The position numbers and the translations under genes are program-made. Below are positions 1-9,177 of a stretch of DNA of 43,922 nt, piece by piece. The DNA is from Actinomycetota bacterium (GTDB lineage: Bacteria > Actinomycetota > Actinomycetes > S36-B12). The stretch covers positions 1-43,922 of the forward strand of contig WLLZ01000003.1 of NCBI GenBank assembly GCA_009700485.1, read 5' to 3'. Positions within the stretch are counted from its first letter, which is position 1; the number at the start of each line of letters is the position of its first letter. The notes under the pieces were generated by a model. That model did not search any database. It saw only the letters and a program-made list of their open reading frames with translations, and had not been told where the DNA came from.

Positions 1-572
1 TCACCGAGGATCTCGAACTCGTGCCGATCACCGCCTACAACAAGACCAAGATGGTGGCCGAGCGCGTCCTGCTCAGCTACGCGGACAAGATGCAGGTCCA
101 TTGCGTCCGCCCCGCGACCGTCTGCGGGGTGTCGCCCCGCATGCGATTCGATGTCAGTGTCAATCTCCTGACGCTCCAGGCGCTCCGCGATGGCAACATG
201 ACCGTCTTCGGCGGCGATCAGGTGCGCCCGAACATCCACATCGACGACATCGTGGCCGTCTACGGCCACTTCCTCGATCACCCCGATATCCCTTCGGGTG
301 CCTACAACGCCGGCTTCGAGAACATCTCGATCGCCAGCCTCGCCAACATGGTCGCTGGCGAGACCGGTGCCACCATCGAGGTCAGCGAATCGAACGATCC
401 CCGTTCCTATCGGCAGGACTCCACCAAACTCCTCCAGACGGGGTTCACGCCGAAGCGTGATGTGCACACGGCCATCGTTGACATCATCGCCGCCTACCGA
501 TCCGGCGAGATCCAGGACCGCGATGAATGGCACACCGTTCGCTGGATGAGCCAACTCGGCCTCGGAAGCTGA
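1..572 (+). CDS. NAD-dependent epimerase/dehydratase (extended SDR), 5'-truncated by window edge
   Basis: Frame is open from the window start (TEDLELVPITAYNKTK); catalytic YxxxK (YNKTK), 'RPATVCGVSPRMRFD', 'FGGDQVRPNIHIDD' typical of NDP-sugar epimerases. Confidence 0.85.
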   Translation, partial: TEDLELVPITAYNKTKMVAERVLLSYADKMQVHCVRPATVCGVSPRMRFDVSVNLLTLQALRDGNMTVFGGDQVRPNIHIDDIVAVYGHFLDHPDIPSGAYNAGFENISIASLANMVAGETGATIEVSESNDPRSYRQDSTKLLQTGFTPKRDVHTAIVDIIAAYRSGEIQDRDEWHTVRWMSQLGLGS

Positions 573-582
573 GGGCAGCTTC

Positions 583-1242
583 ATGGGACGCGAGATCGAC
601 CTGCTGGCCAACTATCCTCAACCGAAGCGCGATGTCGAGTCTCGCGGCGGCGAGAAGACCGAGGCGGATCGCGCCATCGCCCGGCAATTCGGTGAGGCGT
701 TCTTCGACGGCGACCGACGTCATGGGTATGGAGGATTCAGCTACTCTCCCAGGTTCTGGCAACCTGTCATTCCGACGTTCCAGGAGCACTTCGGGCTGAC
801 AGCCGACTCCTCACTACTGGATGTGGGGTGCGCCAAGGGCTTCATGATGCACGACCTTGCTGAGTTGATCCCCGGGATCACAGTGAAGGGCACCGACATC
901 TCGCAGTATGCAATCGAGCACACGATCGACGATATGCAAGAGCATGTCCAGGTGGCCGACGCCAAGAGTCTTCCATTCGATAGCGATTCCTTCGATGTGG
1001 TCATCTCCATCAACACGATCCATAATCTCGACCGCGAGGGATGCGCCCAGGCTCTCCGGGAGATCGAGCGGGTGTCCAGGGGCCAGTCCTTCGTCACCGT
1101 CGATGCCTATCGCAATGACGCCGATCGCGATCGCATGGTCGCTTGGAACCTTACCGCCAAGACGATGATGTCCACGGATGAGTGGATTCACTTCTTCGGC
1201 GAGGCTGGCTATACCGGTGACTACTACTGGTTTATTCCATGA
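583..1242 (+). CDS. class I SAM-dependent methyltransferase
   Basis: Motif I 'LLDVGCAKGF', 'LPFDSDSFDVVISINTIHNL'; stop overlaps next start (ATGA). Confidence 0.85.
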   Translation: MGREIDLLANYPQPKRDVESRGGEKTEADRAIARQFGEAFFDGDRRHGYGGFSYSPRFWQPVIPTFQEHFGLTADSSLLDVGCAKGFMMHDLAELIPGITVKGTDISQYAIEHTIDDMQEHVQVADAKSLPFDSDSFDVVISINTIHNLDREGCAQALREIERVSRGQSFVTVDAYRNDADRDRMVAWNLTAKTMMSTDEWIHFFGEAGYTGDYYWFIP

Positions 1243-2207
1243 CCGATGACCAGCTTGAGATGCGACTGCTAGGTGCCATGCTGCGACTGCGAATGGTGGA
1301 AGAGGCCATCGCGGCCCACTACCCCGAGCAGGAGATGCGGTGCCCCGTCCACCTCTCGATCGGCCAGGAAGCGCCGTCAGCAGCCTTCTCCCTCGCCGTT
1401 CAGCGGGAAGACCTAGCTGTCAGCACCCATCGCGGGCATGCGCACTACCTCGCCAAGGGCGGCGCGCTCGGCCCCATGATCGCGGAGATCTACGGGAAGA
1501 GCACCGGCTGCTCGAAGGGTCGGGGTGGCTCCATGCATCTGGCCGACAAGGACGCCGGGTTCATGGGGACCTCCGCCATAGTCGGAAACAGCATCCCGGT
1601 CGGGGTCGGTCTGGGCCTAGCGCTTCAGATCCAAGGGCGAGCCCAGGCAAGCTGCGTCTTTATCGGAGATGGTGCCACCGAAGAGGGTGTCTATTACGAA
1701 TCAGCGAACTTCGCTGTCGTTAAGAACCTTCCCGTCGTGTTCCTGTGCGAGAACAATCGCTACTCCGTCTATAGCCCTCTTTCGGTACGCCAGCCCGAAG
1801 GTCGAAGTCTCACCCGGGTGGCGACTTCACTGGGACTGACATCTGTGGAGGTCGACGGCAACGATGCCATCGCCTGCTACCACGCGGTCGATCGCGCACT
1901 ACAGCAGGCACGAGGCGGTGGCGGCCCGCAGTTCCTCGAGTTCCATACCTTCCGTCACCTCGAACACTGCGGTCCAAACGATGACGACCATCTGGACTAT
2001 CGGCAGCCCGGTGAACTTCAGTCATGGCAGCAACGCGATCCAATCGATCTGTTGCAGGCTAAATTGCTTCTAACTAACCATGACCTCAGCAGTGAAATCC
2101 AACCAATCCGCGAACGCATTAGCAATGAGATCGAGACCGCTTTCGCCGAAGCAGCAGCAGCTCCCTTCCCCGACCTCGAAGAATGCATGCGAGATGTCTA
2201 TGCCTGA
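1239..2207 (+). CDS. ThDP-dependent dehydrogenase E1 alpha-like subunit
   Basis: 'HLSIGQEA', 'STHRGHAHYLAKG', 'GRGGSMH', ThDP motif GDG...ENN. Confidence 0.9.
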   Translation: MTDDQLEMRLLGAMLRLRMVEEAIAAHYPEQEMRCPVHLSIGQEAPSAAFSLAVQREDLAVSTHRGHAHYLAKGGALGPMIAEIYGKSTGCSKGRGGSMHLADKDAGFMGTSAIVGNSIPVGVGLGLALQIQGRAQASCVFIGDGATEEGVYYESANFAVVKNLPVVFLCENNRYSVYSPLSVRQPEGRSLTRVATSLGLTSVEVDGNDAIACYHAVDRALQQARGGGGPQFLEFHTFRHLEHCGPNDDDHLDYRQPGELQSWQQRDPIDLLQAKLLLTNHDLSSEIQPIRERISNEIETAFAEAAAAPFPDLEECMRDVYA

Positions 2208-3276
2208 TAACACCATTGCCCGTAGGGAACTCACCTTCGCCCAGGCGATCAACGAAGCGACGCACCAGGCCATGGCGGCCGACCCGACAGTGATCTGCTT
2301 TGGTCTTGGAGTTACCGATCCTGGAGCGATCTTCGGAACCACTCGCGGCCTTGAGGAAGCGTTCGGCCCAAGCCGGGTTTTCGACATGCCGACATCGGAG
2401 AACGCGATGACGGGCGTCGCGGTTGGTGCGGCCATCGCCGGCCTAAAGCCACTCATGACCCACCAGCGACTTGACTTTTTCCTGCTCGCAATGGATCAAC
2501 TGGTCAACTCGGCCGCCAAGTGGCACTACATGTTTGGTTGCCAATTCAATGTGCCCATCACAATTCGGCTGATCATTGGCCGCGGCTGGGGCCAAGGTCC
2601 GACCCACTCGCAAAATCTCCAGGCCTGGTTCACCCATATCCCCGGCCTCAAGGTCGTCATGCCGACAACGCCGGCAGATGCCAAGCAGCTGCTGCTGGCG
2701 AGCATCGATGATCCGAATCCAGTTCTCTTCCTTGAGCACCGTTGGCTCCACAACCTCACAGACGATGTGCCTGAGCAACCAACCCACGGGCTGATTGGCA
2801 AAGCGCGGGTCGCCAGGCAGGGCGACGACATAACGATTGTTGCCTCTGGCTACCTCACATTGGAAGCGATCCGCGCTGCCGATTACCTCACGGGCGTAGG
2901 GATCAAATGCGATGTCATCGATCTGCGAACGCTGAGCCCGCTGGACTGGCCAGCCATCTTCAAGTCAGTGCACAAGACCGGCAGACTCATGGCCGTCGAC
3001 TCCGGTGCCTTAACCGGCTCCATCGCCGGCGAGATCATCGCCCGCGTTGCCAGTGAGAGGTTCGCGGATCTCAAGGTCGCCCCAAGACGCCTGGCCCAGC
3101 CCGATGTGCCTGAACCAACCAGTTTCGGTCTGACGCGCGGGTTCCATATTCGGAGCCGATCAATCGCCGGTAGTGCTCTTGAGATGATGGGCGAAACAGG
3201 AGACGTATTGCTCGGGCAGCTCCCAGATCCTGTTCCGCACGACGTGCCAGGCGACTGGTTCAAAGGTCCCTTCTAG
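2200..3276 (+). CDS. ThDP-dependent dehydrogenase E1 beta-like subunit
   Basis: 'FDMPTSENAMTG', 'GPTHSQ', 'PGLKVVMP', 'NPVLFLEHR', 'VIDLRTLSPLD'; start moved from 2080 to ATG 2200, which overlaps the alpha stop. Confidence 0.9.
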   Translation: MPDNTIARRELTFAQAINEATHQAMAADPTVICFGLGVTDPGAIFGTTRGLEEAFGPSRVFDMPTSENAMTGVAVGAAIAGLKPLMTHQRLDFFLLAMDQLVNSAAKWHYMFGCQFNVPITIRLIIGRGWGQGPTHSQNLQAWFTHIPGLKVVMPTTPADAKQLLLASIDDPNPVLFLEHRWLHNLTDDVPEQPTHGLIGKARVARQGDDITIVASGYLTLEAIRAADYLTGVGIKCDVIDLRTLSPLDWPAIFKSVHKTGRLMAVDSGALTGSIAGEIIARVASERFADLKVAPRRLAQPDVPEPTSFGLTRGFHIRSRSIAGSALEMMGETGDVLLGQLPDPVPHDVPGDWFKGPF

Positions 3277-3291
3277 GAGTTTGGATTTCTC

Positions 3292-4152
3292 GTGAGCATG
3301 TTTGAGTGCGAAGACCTCTTCGACTATCTAGCTGAACAAAACGATCGACATGCGCGTACGACCTCGTGGTGGCGCATCAATGACTTGGTGGCACGCGAGT
3401 CAATAGCCGCCCTGCGCCCTCAGTTTGACGCACTCGCACCCTTTCCTTTCGGTCCTGTAGGCAGCACCACGTTCCCGTACTTCCAAATGGGTGCTATCGA
3501 TTCCCTAGACCTCTTCGGGCTGGACGAACTTATCCTCTTCTCCTTCTACTGGAGAAACCGTGACCGCTACAGGAACGTGGCAGACATCGGCGCGAACATC
3601 GGCCTTCACAGTGTCATCCTGGGCAAGATGGGCATGGACGTAACAAGTTACGAGCCTGATCCCGTACACCTTGCGGAGTTGCGCAGGAATCTTGCGGCCA
3701 ACTCCCTTGACCAGGTTTCCGTCGTACCGCACGCGGTCAACACCGACGGCGGATCGGTGGAGTTCACCCGGGTTGTGGGTAACACCACTGGCTCGCACAT
3801 ATCCGGAGCCAAGGAGAATCCATACGGAGAACTGGAGCGCTTCAACGTGCCTGCCACGTCAATAGGTGATGCTATTGAGGGTAAGAGCCTTGTCAAGATG
3901 GACGTTGAGGGCTACGAGGCCAGATTGTTGCTGGCGCTCCAAGACAGTGACTTCGCGACCATGGACATCGTTGGGGAGATCGGTTCGGAGGTCAACGCGC
4001 GGAGTATCTTCGAAAGATTCGCGGGCACCAAGGTTCACCTCTTTTCCCAGAAGAAGAATTGGCATCCGGCGAAGAGCCTCAACGACATGCCATCGAGCTA
4101 CCGCGAGGGCTCCGTCTTCCTCAGTTGCAAGTCCGAGATGCCATGGGAGTGA
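3292..4152 (+). CDS. FkbM family methyltransferase
   Basis: 'DIGANIGLHS', 'YEPDP', 'VKMDVEGYE'; SD AGGAG upstream. Confidence 0.85.
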   Translation: MSMFECEDLFDYLAEQNDRHARTTSWWRINDLVARESIAALRPQFDALAPFPFGPVGSTTFPYFQMGAIDSLDLFGLDELILFSFYWRNRDRYRNVADIGANIGLHSVILGKMGMDVTSYEPDPVHLAELRRNLAANSLDQVSVVPHAVNTDGGSVEFTRVVGNTTGSHISGAKENPYGELERFNVPATSIGDAIEGKSLVKMDVEGYEARLLLALQDSDFATMDIVGEIGSEVNARSIFERFAGTKVHLFSQKKNWHPAKSLNDMPSSYREGSVFLSCKSEMPWE

Positions 4153-4200
4153 CACACCCATCGATGGACGATTCCAGGACCTACCTGAGTGCGAGGAACG

Positions 4201-5019
4201 ATGCCTAGCGCCATCGTTGTTGGCGTGAGCAGTGGGATCGGCGAAGCAATCGCCCACGCTTTGTTGGATCTGGAGTGGTCCGTCGTGGGCACAGTGCGGC
4301 GCACTTGCGAGACGGATGCGTCTTATCTTTCAGGCGTGATTGACTATTGTGACCTCAGCGAGGTCGCCTCCGTTGACAGTTCACTACAGAGAATCTCGGA
4401 TCTTTCGGCTTCGTGGGACGCACTAGTCGTGGCACCCGGCACCTTGGAGCCGATCGGTCGACTTAGTGACGTTGATCCAGACGCTTGGGCGCAATCGATC
4501 GACGTCAATTTCGTAAATCAGGTCAGGATCGTTCAAGGGCTCTTGCCTTCGGCGAGAAAGGACGGCGACCTACAGCCGATCGTAATTTTCTTTGCCGGTG
4601 GCGGATCAAACTCGGCAACAGTCGGCTTCTCTGCCTATACCGCTGCAAAGATTGCACTGACGAAGGTGACGGAACTCCTCGACGCCGAGTACCCGAATGT
4701 TCGTTTCTGCATCATCGGCCCTGGTTGGGTCAATACAAAGATCCACGATCAGGCCTTGTCGAATCCCCGCACTCCGATTGATATCAGACTTGAGACCGAG
4801 AGACGGAGAAGCGCCAACGACTTTGTTTCCATGGCTGACGTAGTTGATACAGTGCTGTGGGCGCTGGGTGCTCCCAAGGATGTTGTAGGCGGACGCAATA
4901 TCTCGGTAGCACATGATCCCGTGCACCAAGTGGAATTCGCTGCTGGTCTTGCTGCCGACCGCGACTTACTGAAGCTCCGGCGAAACGGCAATGGCTATCG
5001 ATGGATGGAGCAAGGGTGA
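4201..5019 (+). CDS. short-chain dehydrogenase/reductase (probable NDP-sugar ketoreductase)
   Basis: 'VGVSSGIG', YxxxK (YTAAK), 'IGPGWVNT'; GAGGA SD before ATG 4201. Confidence 0.85.
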   Translation: MPSAIVVGVSSGIGEAIAHALLDLEWSVVGTVRRTCETDASYLSGVIDYCDLSEVASVDSSLQRISDLSASWDALVVAPGTLEPIGRLSDVDPDAWAQSIDVNFVNQVRIVQGLLPSARKDGDLQPIVIFFAGGGSNSATVGFSAYTAAKIALTKVTELLDAEYPNVRFCIIGPGWVNTKIHDQALSNPRTPIDIRLETERRRSANDFVSMADVVDTVLWALGAPKDVVGGRNISVAHDPVHQVEFAAGLAADRDLLKLRRNGNGYRWMEQG

Positions 5020-6815
5020 CGGGCTTGAGTGAAAAGCTGGCTGATGCAGTAGCCCGTTTCTGTGCCGAACGGCAGTTCGGCACAGCATTTGTGGTGGCGG
5101 GTGGCGCCTCCATGCATCTGATACACGGCTTTGCCGACACGCCTGGCTGCGAGTACATACCGATGCATCACGAGCAGGCAGCGGCAATGGCTGCCGACGG
5201 TTACGCTCGATCCAGTGGCGGAACCGGACTTGCAATTGCCACGAGTGGCCCAGGGGCGACCAATCTCATCACCGGGATTGCGGGTGCTTTCTACGACTCG
5301 GTTCCGGTCTTGTTCATCACTGGCCAGGTAAGCACGACACGAATGGTGGGAGACACGGGTGTCCGTCAGATCGGCTTCCAAGAGACGCCGATCGTTCCCA
5401 TGGTCAGCGCCATCACAAAGTCAGCTGTCCAAGTAATTTCACCCTCTCGGATTCGATACGAAATGGAGCGCGCATACTGGACGATGCATCATGGTCGGCC
5501 TGGTCCCGTTCTCGTTGACATCCCGGACGACGTGCAGCGCGAGCGGATATCTTGGGATGAGTTAGAAGGCTTTGCCCCTCCGGTCGAAGAGCCACTAAGG
5601 CCGTCTCCAAGCGAACTGTCTGCTCTCGCGCAGTTGCTTCAGGTCAGCCAGCGACCCGTTCTCGTCGGGGGCTGGGGAGTCCACCTGTCGAAAGCAGAGA
5701 GTGCGTTCCGAGCACTGGTGGCCAAGTGGAAGGTTCCGACGGTCCTCACTTGGGGAGCGGCTGACCTACTAGACGGGGAACATCCACTCCGCGTTGGCAC
5801 TTTCGGCACCCATGGAACTCGTCACGCCAATCTGGCCATTCAGAACGCTGACCTCGTTGTCTCCGTGGGGTCGCGACTGGACACCAAGGCAACAGGGAGC
5901 CCCGTGAACTCTTTCGCACGGGGTGCACGGAAGGTGGTCGTAGACGTTGACCCAGCAGAACTTGCGAAGTTCTCAGCCTTTAATCTAGAGGTTGACCTGA
6001 TGATTCGTGCTGACGCGGGACTCTTCCTTGAAGCAGCGAGTACTTTGCCTCGTTCGGCCCGCGACTTCTCGCCCTGGATGGAAATCATTCGAAACTGGCA
6101 GGTCGCCTTCCAAGCCTATGATGATGCAGCAAGGCAGGGAGAAGGTGTTGACCCCTACCGCTTCATGCGAGACCTTGGGGATTCGGCTCCAGAGATGCTT
6201 GATCTCTTCCTTGACACTGGTTGCACTCTGCCATGGCTCCTGCAGGAATTCCGACCTAAGCCCAGCCAACGCATTTTTCACGACTTCAATAACACTGCCA
6301 TGGGTTGGGCTTTGCCCGCCCTAGTGGGTGGGATGACCGCGAGCCCGGAAAGGCCAGCCGCCTGCATTGCCGGTGATGGAAGTCTCATGATGTCGGTCCA
6401 CGAGTTGGCCACTTTGGCCGGGCGCCGGGGGGCAGCCAAAATCATACTTATGGACAACTCGGGCTACTCCATGATCCGGCAGACTCAGGACCAGTGGTTG
6501 GGCTCGGATTATTCCGCGTCCTCGCCAGAAGGCGGGCTTACATTTCCGAATTTCGGACAGCTCGCCGAAGCATTTGGTTTCGAGTACGACAAAGTTACGC
6601 GAGATGCGGAAGCTTCCTCGAAACTCAACGAATTCTGGAGGAGCCAACGAAACCACCTCTTGCATGTTTCCATCTCAACCGATGCGCGGGTGATCCCACA
6701 GGTGAAGTACGGACGGCCGAATGAGGACATGGAGCCGTTGCTTCCCCGAAGCTCCTTTCTCGATGCCATGATCGTAGAGCCACTCGACGTGTCTCGATAC
6801 GAGGAGACCACGTGA
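5016..6815 (+). CDS. acetolactate-synthase-like ThDP-binding carboligase (YerE-like)
   Basis: 'HHEQAAAMAADGYAR', 'TSGPGATN', 'GRPGPVLVDIPDDVQ', ThDP motif 'GDGSLMM...DNSGY'; no ilvN/ilvC nearby; GTG overlaps upstream TGA. Confidence 0.85.
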   Translation: MTGLSEKLADAVARFCAERQFGTAFVVAGGASMHLIHGFADTPGCEYIPMHHEQAAAMAADGYARSSGGTGLAIATSGPGATNLITGIAGAFYDSVPVLFITGQVSTTRMVGDTGVRQIGFQETPIVPMVSAITKSAVQVISPSRIRYEMERAYWTMHHGRPGPVLVDIPDDVQRERISWDELEGFAPPVEEPLRPSPSELSALAQLLQVSQRPVLVGGWGVHLSKAESAFRALVAKWKVPTVLTWGAADLLDGEHPLRVGTFGTHGTRHANLAIQNADLVVSVGSRLDTKATGSPVNSFARGARKVVVDVDPAELAKFSAFNLEVDLMIRADAGLFLEAASTLPRSARDFSPWMEIIRNWQVAFQAYDDAARQGEGVDPYRFMRDLGDSAPEMLDLFLDTGCTLPWLLQEFRPKPSQRIFHDFNNTAMGWALPALVGGMTASPERPAACIAGDGSLMMSVHELATLAGRRGAAKIILMDNSGYSMIRQTQDQWLGSDYSASSPEGGLTFPNFGQLAEAFGFEYDKVTRDAEASSKLNEFWRSQRNHLLHVSISTDARVIPQVKYGRPNEDMEPLLPRSSFLDAMIVEPLDVSRYEETT

Positions 6816-7939
6816 CATTGCAACGTTCTTTTCGCGCCGCGGTCCTTGAGGAGTGCGGTCGTCCCCTCGCGATCCGGGAGTTGCAGATCCCCGAGCTCGG
6901 GGCCAGTCAGGTGCTCATCAATGTTCGATACAGCGGCGTCTGCCGTAGCCAGCTGATGGAGGCTCGGGGTATGCGAGGAGACGACCCCTGGCTACCGCAC
7001 CTTCTCGGCCATGAGGGTGTCGGAACTGTGGTGGAAACGGGACCGGGCGTGACCAAAGTGTCACCTGGTCAGGTCGTTATCATTGGATGGATCCAATCGA
7101 GTGGGCTGACGTCCGCTAATCCTATATTCATGAGTGGCGACGTCCGGATCAATGCGGGTGCCGCAACTACATTCAGCGAGATGACCGTGGTGTCTGAGAA
7201 CCGGGTTTATGCCAAGCCTGAGGGAGTCTCGGATAAAGCCGCCGTTCTCTTCGGATGCGCCCTTCTGACCGGTGCTGGCATGGTTCTCAATGAACTACCC
7301 CCTCGGGAGACGGACAACATCATCGTTATGGGATTGGGCGGTGTTGGGATGGCCGCTGTCATTGGAGCCCTGACGGCTCAACCGGCGATGGTGATCGCTG
7401 TCGACATTTCACCTGAGAAGAGGGCGTTGGCCCTAGAGTTGGGAGCCGACATAGCGCTGGACTCCTGGGATCCGGAGTTCGTTGACCACATTCGCGACCT
7501 CACCGACGGCGGAGCGGACGCTTGCTTCGAGTGCGCCGGAACCACTGCGACGATTGAGCTAGCCCTCGACTGTGTCAGGCCAGCCGGGGGCACGGTGCTC
7601 TTCGCTTCGCACCCTCCCGCGGGTGATCGGATCCGTGTTGATCCCTTCCACTTGATCAGCGGGAAGAAGTTGCTGGGGTCATGGGGGGGCGGGGCGAAGC
7701 CTGATTCAGACATCCCTCGGATGGCCGCTGCTATTCGCGGCCGGGGCATTGATCTTGAGGTACTCGTCAGCGATGAGTACGCGTTGGAGGAGGTCAACCA
7801 GGCTCTCGACGATATGGAAGCGGGTCGCACGATTCGCCCGCTACTTGGCTTGGATGAGTTATGCGCGAGTGACACACCCGACTTCTCAGCCGGTAACGGT
7901 GTCTTGATGGCCATGGGCGATGGAAGAATCGATCAGTGA
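6812..7939 (+). CDS. zinc-binding (MDR) alcohol dehydrogenase
   Basis: 'GVCRSQ', 'GHEGVG', 'GCALLTG', NAD-binding 'GLGGVG'; structural four-Cys Zn loop absent. Confidence 0.85.
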   Translation: MTLQRSFRAAVLEECGRPLAIRELQIPELGASQVLINVRYSGVCRSQLMEARGMRGDDPWLPHLLGHEGVGTVVETGPGVTKVSPGQVVIIGWIQSSGLTSANPIFMSGDVRINAGAATTFSEMTVVSENRVYAKPEGVSDKAAVLFGCALLTGAGMVLNELPPRETDNIIVMGLGGVGMAAVIGALTAQPAMVIAVDISPEKRALALELGADIALDSWDPEFVDHIRDLTDGGADACFECAGTTATIELALDCVRPAGGTVLFASHPPAGDRIRVDPFHLISGKKLLGSWGGGAKPDSDIPRMAAAIRGRGIDLEVLVSDEYALEEVNQALDDMEAGRTIRPLLGLDELCASDTPDFSAGNGVLMAMGDGRIDQ

Positions 7940-9063
7940 GGGCAACTCGAGACGTGAGCAGTCGCGGCAAAGTTCGGTTCCGGGCGTGGCTGAGCAGGGC
8001 GCCGCTTGGTCGCTCCCTACTATCAGCACGGTCGGGACTTCGTGGCACGTATTCAATACGTCGTCGCGTACATCGGGAGGCCGCGGCCATCACCCAGGCT
8101 TTGGCCATCAATCCAAACACCAGACTCCGAGTCGTCAACGACAATGCGGTCTCACCGCCAACGTATGGGAATCTCTTTGAAGTGATCATGCTCGCCCGTT
8201 TCTTGGAAGCAGGTGGTCACCGCGTCGAGTTCGACATTGTGGATTCAGGCGACAGACGAGCTGACTGGGGCGAACTAGATGCCACCGCTCAAACCAACTT
8301 CGCCCACGATCAAGTCGCCCTCGCCAGATACCTTCTGCCGAAACCCGTCGTGCAGCACATGCTGTCGTCACCCCTGAGGGTAGAGGAACAGCATGCCTGG
8401 AACCCCGCTCTTACCCTCTTTTCGGGAGCATATGATCCACCCGTGTACTCTCTGGCCCCCTACCTTTTACATGTCCTTTCCACCGGACGCACACGGTCCA
8501 TACCAGCGGGGTTTCTCCTCGACGCGAATTCCTTTCCCATCTCGATTCAAACACCGCCTCCGGAACAGCCTTACATCGCTTGGCACGTTCGTAGAGGCAC
8601 CTGGTCTCCAGAGCGCAACGCAACCGATAGTGCACTGGCGTCCGACCTACTCCAATTGCGAGAAATATTCCCGCGTCACTCCATCATGCTGTTTAGCACA
8701 CCAAACGGAATAGAGCACGCGCTACAGGTACTCTCAGATGAAGGATTGATTTCCGACATGGAACGAGACGGTCTGGCAGTGGTAGGTCAACCTGAAACTG
8801 GCTTCACCGCAGCCGTTCCTTGGATTCTGGGCGCGGACTTCTACTTCCAGCGGATCGGCGGAGGCATGGGCATAGTGCCCATCTACTCGTCAATGCCTTA
8901 CCTGCAGATCAACGATTGGAGAAGCTATTACTACGGAATCGATGGCGACCGCCTAGTGCCTTGGGCACGGGTCAACCAGCAGTACATCGTTCGCGCCGAC
9001 GCCGCCAAGATCCCAATCAGGGAAGTAATCAATAGCAGTCAGTACGGTGAATTGGTGAAGTAG
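7936..9063 (+). CDS. hypothetical protein, possible GT-B glycosyltransferase
   Basis: 375-aa ORF coupled by GTGA; 'YIAWHVRRGTW' resembles the HxRR(G)D donor-binding motif of GT11/GT23-type enzymes. Confidence 0.5.
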   Translation: MRATRDVSSRGKVRFRAWLSRAPLGRSLLSARSGLRGTYSIRRRVHREAAAITQALAINPNTRLRVVNDNAVSPPTYGNLFEVIMLARFLEAGGHRVEFDIVDSGDRRADWGELDATAQTNFAHDQVALARYLLPKPVVQHMLSSPLRVEEQHAWNPALTLFSGAYDPPVYSLAPYLLHVLSTGRTRSIPAGFLLDANSFPISIQTPPPEQPYIAWHVRRGTWSPERNATDSALASDLLQLREIFPRHSIMLFSTPNGIEHALQVLSDEGLISDMERDGLAVVGQPETGFTAAVPWILGADFYFQRIGGGMGIVPIYSSMPYLQINDWRSYYYGIDGDRLVPWARVNQQYIVRADAAKIPIREVINSSQYGELVK

Positions 9064-9177
9064 GCCGAGCCTTCACATGCAGGCGAGGTGCCTCGAGCCG
9101 GGATCTTTGTGGGCCGCCGCCCAATGCCTCATACCTTCCCGGTGTCGGCGCCGCGCAGAAACTGAGGTCGTTGAGTT

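Noticed and set aside
2080-2199. Long N-terminal extensions in the ORF track (also 10982, 13155, 30301, 32183, 35330)
   Set aside because: They overlap upstream genes extensively; downstream starts with SD or stop/start coupling fit family N-termini better
1239-3276. Housekeeping pyruvate dehydrogenase pdhA/pdhB
   Set aside because: No E2/E3 or lipoyl-domain gene; embedded in an NDP-sugar operon, so no gene symbol assigned
5016-6815. ilvB for branched-chain amino acid synthesis
   Set aside because: No ilvN/ilvC adjacent; context favours sugar branching
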